This document shows positions 49,331-52,296 of a stretch of DNA of 52,296 nt, piece by piece. The stretch lies in assembly GCA_009602735.1 (NCBI GenBank), contig WELA01000395.1, positions 28,522-80,817 on the forward strand. Direction: 5' to 3'. The number at the start of each line of letters is the position of its first letter. Within the stretch, counting starts at the first letter, position 1. Under the pieces are notes generated by a model. That model saw only the letters and a list, made by a program, of their open reading frames with translations, did not search any database and had not been told where the DNA came from. Origin of the DNA: Mesotaenium endlicherianum. Taxonomy: Eukaryota. The position numbers and the translations under genes are program-made.

Positions 49331-51215
49331 GCAAAGAATGGTCGTAGAAAGTCGTAGGCGGTCGACGTCGTCGCGGCCTAATGCTCCAGCCACAGGCAGC
49401 CACAAGTGCTAGTTGGCGCGTAAGGTCGGCGGCATGCAAACAAACGCCTCATGAGTACAGATTTGAACACAGGAGGATTGGAATGCAGCGTATCCAATGG
49501 TAACCAGTGGTAAGTTGTGACCACTGTGACCAATGGGACTGGTCACTGGAAGTTGATGTGGACCACTTACGAGTCACGACTCATGAGTCACGACTCACGA
49601 CTCAAGACAAATCTATGGGATTTTGAAACCGTCAAGATCTGCTTTTATATGCGAAGCTGGGGGGACAAAATAGCGTCGAATCCAGCCAAATCCAGCCAAC
49701 TCCAGCCAAATCAAGTCAAATCTCAGAGTGTCTTCTCTTTGGTAGTCTAATCGTCATCACAGCGGTTGTGTTCTGAATCAGCGCATCTGATTTTCTATCG
49801 AATCTAAAATCGCCACTGTTGACAACCTGTCACTGAGCAAGTCGCCACCAGGGACAAACGCAACCAGCGCAGTCCATCAGTTCATCAGTCCATCTGTTCA
49901 TCAGTCCATCAGTTCATAATAAGATTGTACGGACTCCGCAGGGCAGAAAGTAAGAGCTGCGGTCACCGGTGATTGCCTGCTGGCTTTTCAAACTAGCAGA
50001 AGTGACAACCTTCCATGAACTCGGTTGCATTTGGAGGGGAACTAAGTTCATTTCGGGGATATCTTAGCTCGTATATAGTACTAGAAGTAGGAGCTGCTCT
50101 TAAGAGATTGGGGGAGTATTTTGATAACTTCTCTAGGTTTTTTGGTCGTCCGGCGCAAGTCGCACTTACGAGAGTGGAGAGCGGAAGGTATAGTCAAATC
50201 TGGGGGCAAAAGGATGCATTAGACTTGCACATTTCACTGCTCCGCAACCCAACAATGGTCATTGTTGGAAGAGATTAGGATTCACTTTAGTTTGCTAGGT
50301 TGCCTGAAGATCTGAGAGCTCGTTGAAACTCCCGCTGTATTTGCTGAAGTTAAAGCAAACGTCAGGACACAACAAGAGCTGAACTTGCCGTGGCCGTTCG
50401 TGTAGTAGCTGCCATATGCCGTGGCCCGTACTTGCTTTTCATGGGGTTTTTACTCCTGATAACTTCGCTGTCGTGATTGATCAAGTAGCTTCTATATCGT
50501 GAGATTGGAAAAAGCAACTGGATGCCCCGTTGACGTCAATGCACTCAATTTCCTGGTCCAATCCCTGCAAGTTGCTCCGCATCAGTTGAATATATAGCCT
50601 GCTTGACAATAGAGTATGAGCACTTAATGACTGTGGGTGCACACACATGATTCATGCACCCGTGCCGGCGTCAGTCTGGGCATTTGCCAATTAGGTCATG
50701 CACATCACTTCATGTTGTCTGGTTTTCCACTCTGAAGTGAGATAACCCCAATATCCCCCAACTTTATCGGCACAAAAGATTATTGAGTTGACATCCTTCC
50801 CATTTTAGACACGGACTTTTTGGAATGCCAGGTGGACTGAGCCCTGGCTGCATATAACAAATTATTCAGGGGTCATGCGTCAACCCTTTCGAACGCGTGA
50901 GTGCACATGCATTACGCCAGCACGTCAAGTATGCCACCTTCAGAAGGACAGTCTCATGCATCAATGCGCACCCTCACTCGGCAGGATTGCCACGTGGCAG
51001 CGTATAGAAGCCGACGCGGGCGCCACCTCATGTATGTGTGGACTACATACTGCGGTCCTACACGGTGACAGACATGGCTTGCATTTGGTGCCGCAGGTGC
51101 ATGTAGGGAGCCAGGGCCGGCCAAGAGCGAGAGCGTGTGGAGTTGACTAGCTTGCAAGCAGATATCCCTTGATTGGCTCCGATTTCAGCCGCCGCGGGAA
51201 GACAATCACGCGAGA

Positions 51216-51332
51216 ATGGGGTACGCGCTGCAGGACGCCCTGGGGGCGCCCCCCCGGGAGTTTGCCAAGCTCAACAGAATCCCTGCCCGCTTCATAAAGA
51301 TGGCCCTCAACCGGCGCATTGTCGATGAGCAG
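51216..51332 (+). CDS. CAT-family transporter paralog 2, coding exon 1
   Basis: MGYALQDALGAPPREFAKLNRIPARFIKMALNRRIVDEQ then GTACG donor; 117 nt, as in paralog 1. Confidence 0.85.
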
Positions 51333-51906
51333 GTACGCGCCCCTACTGCTGCTGCTGCTACTGCTGCGGCTGCCGCTGCAGCTGCTGCCCCCCGGCCCAT
51401 GGCCCTAACCACCGGCTCACTGGCTTGACTCCCGTTGGCCCAGCAAATCTGCACGTTGCCACTTGGCACGGGTCACTCAAAATTCTCGCCTGCATCTCAA
51501 TTATAGTCGCATGGACTGTGCACCGGCGCCGGCGCTGCATCTCGATGTGGTCAGCCGGCGCCGCGCAATGTTGCCCCGCCCGCCCACCCGCCCGCCCGCC
51601 TGCTGGCCGGCCTTCCACCTTGCTGTATGTGGCTTGTGGCATCCATTGATTGGCCTGCGGGTCTCCCCCAACTTCTCGGCTCATCGCACGGTCCGCGCCG
51701 GGCGCCCGTCCCGTTCCGCGGATCAAAGTGCTCAGATGCATACAAGTGTACTACTTGTTACACCTTGGGCTGCTGCCGCTGCTGATACTGCTGCTGGTGC
51801 TTCCGCTGCTGCTGCTGCCGCTGATGGTACTGGTGGCCGTGGTGCTGCTGCACTGCTGCTGCTGCTACTGCTGCTGCTGATGGTGGTGTTGGTGGTGGCG
51901 GTGCAG

Positions 51907-52049
51907 ATAGAGCACAACCTGCTGGTGTCGGGCGGCACGGAGCTGACGCGGCAGCTCGACTGGTTCTCGCTGTGCTGCCTCAGCGTGGGCATCATTGTGG
52001 CCACGGGCATCTTCTCCTTCATGCCCTACATCTACGCCAACATCACCGG
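51907..52049 (+). CDS. CAT-family transporter paralog 2, coding exon 2; gene continues beyond the right window edge
   Basis: TGCAG acceptor, IEHNLLVSGGTELTRQLDWFSLCCLSVGIIVATGIFSFMPYIYANITG, GTGAGT donor, same phase as paralog 1. Confidence 0.85.
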
Positions 52050-52221
52050 GTGAGTGTTGTTGGCGTGGGGCGTGCGCTCTTTCGCCCGTTCTTCCGTCGA
52101 ATCTCCTCTCGTACATGGCTCTGGTTACGCTTGTGCTGTCGCGGAAGTCGGGTGCGATGGCGGCCGTGGCTGGTCCTGCCCCGGAGTGGGCGCGGGCGGC
52201 AGCAACCACGATGAGAGGCGT

Positions 52222-52225
<4 letters not shown>

Positions 52226-52296
<71 letters not shown>
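52226..52296. repeat. (AG)n microsatellite
   Basis: Pure AG run to the window end. Confidence 0.98.

Noticed and set aside
49570..49917. Short tandem motifs (GACTCAC/G, TCCAGCCAAA, AGTCCATC); similar GACTCAG run at 5146-5176
   Set aside because: Only 3-6 degenerate units with no spacers or associated genes; ordinary minisatellite-like sequence.
51463..51906. Poly-Ala/Leu ORF extension upstream of paralog 2 exon 2
   Set aside because: It is intronic (CTG)n low-complexity sequence; homology with paralog 1 starts at the AG at 51905-51906.

Overview
Eukaryotic nuclear DNA with GT-AG introns and microsatellites, plant/green-algal-like (organism is an inference). Two paralogous cationic-amino-acid-transporter (APC/CAT) genes point away from each other at the window ends; only exons 1-2 of each are visible. 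The ~49 kb between them is a nest of transposons whose boundaries can mostly be fixed by target-site duplications (TSDs). A decayed Ty3/gypsy chromovirus 'A' (8736-37328) contains a non-autonomous relative 'B' (12761-17460) and two intact copies of a second chromovirus 'C' (18356-27150, 28406-37224). Next come a solo A-LTR, a Mutator-type MITE and a third, inverted C copy (40047-48865). All of this may sit inside a very old LTR element. The most notable system is family C: gag, then a putative -1 frameshift site (U_UUA_AAA + stem/pseudoknot), then pol with a chromodomain, then an extra intact sense-strand ORF of about 558 aa that I do not recognise and that is not env-like. This ORF is bracketed by two hairpin+polypurine-tract copies and preceded by a TACTAAC...TGCAG splice-acceptor signature. 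All comparisons were made by eye, and the assembly shows join artefacts.
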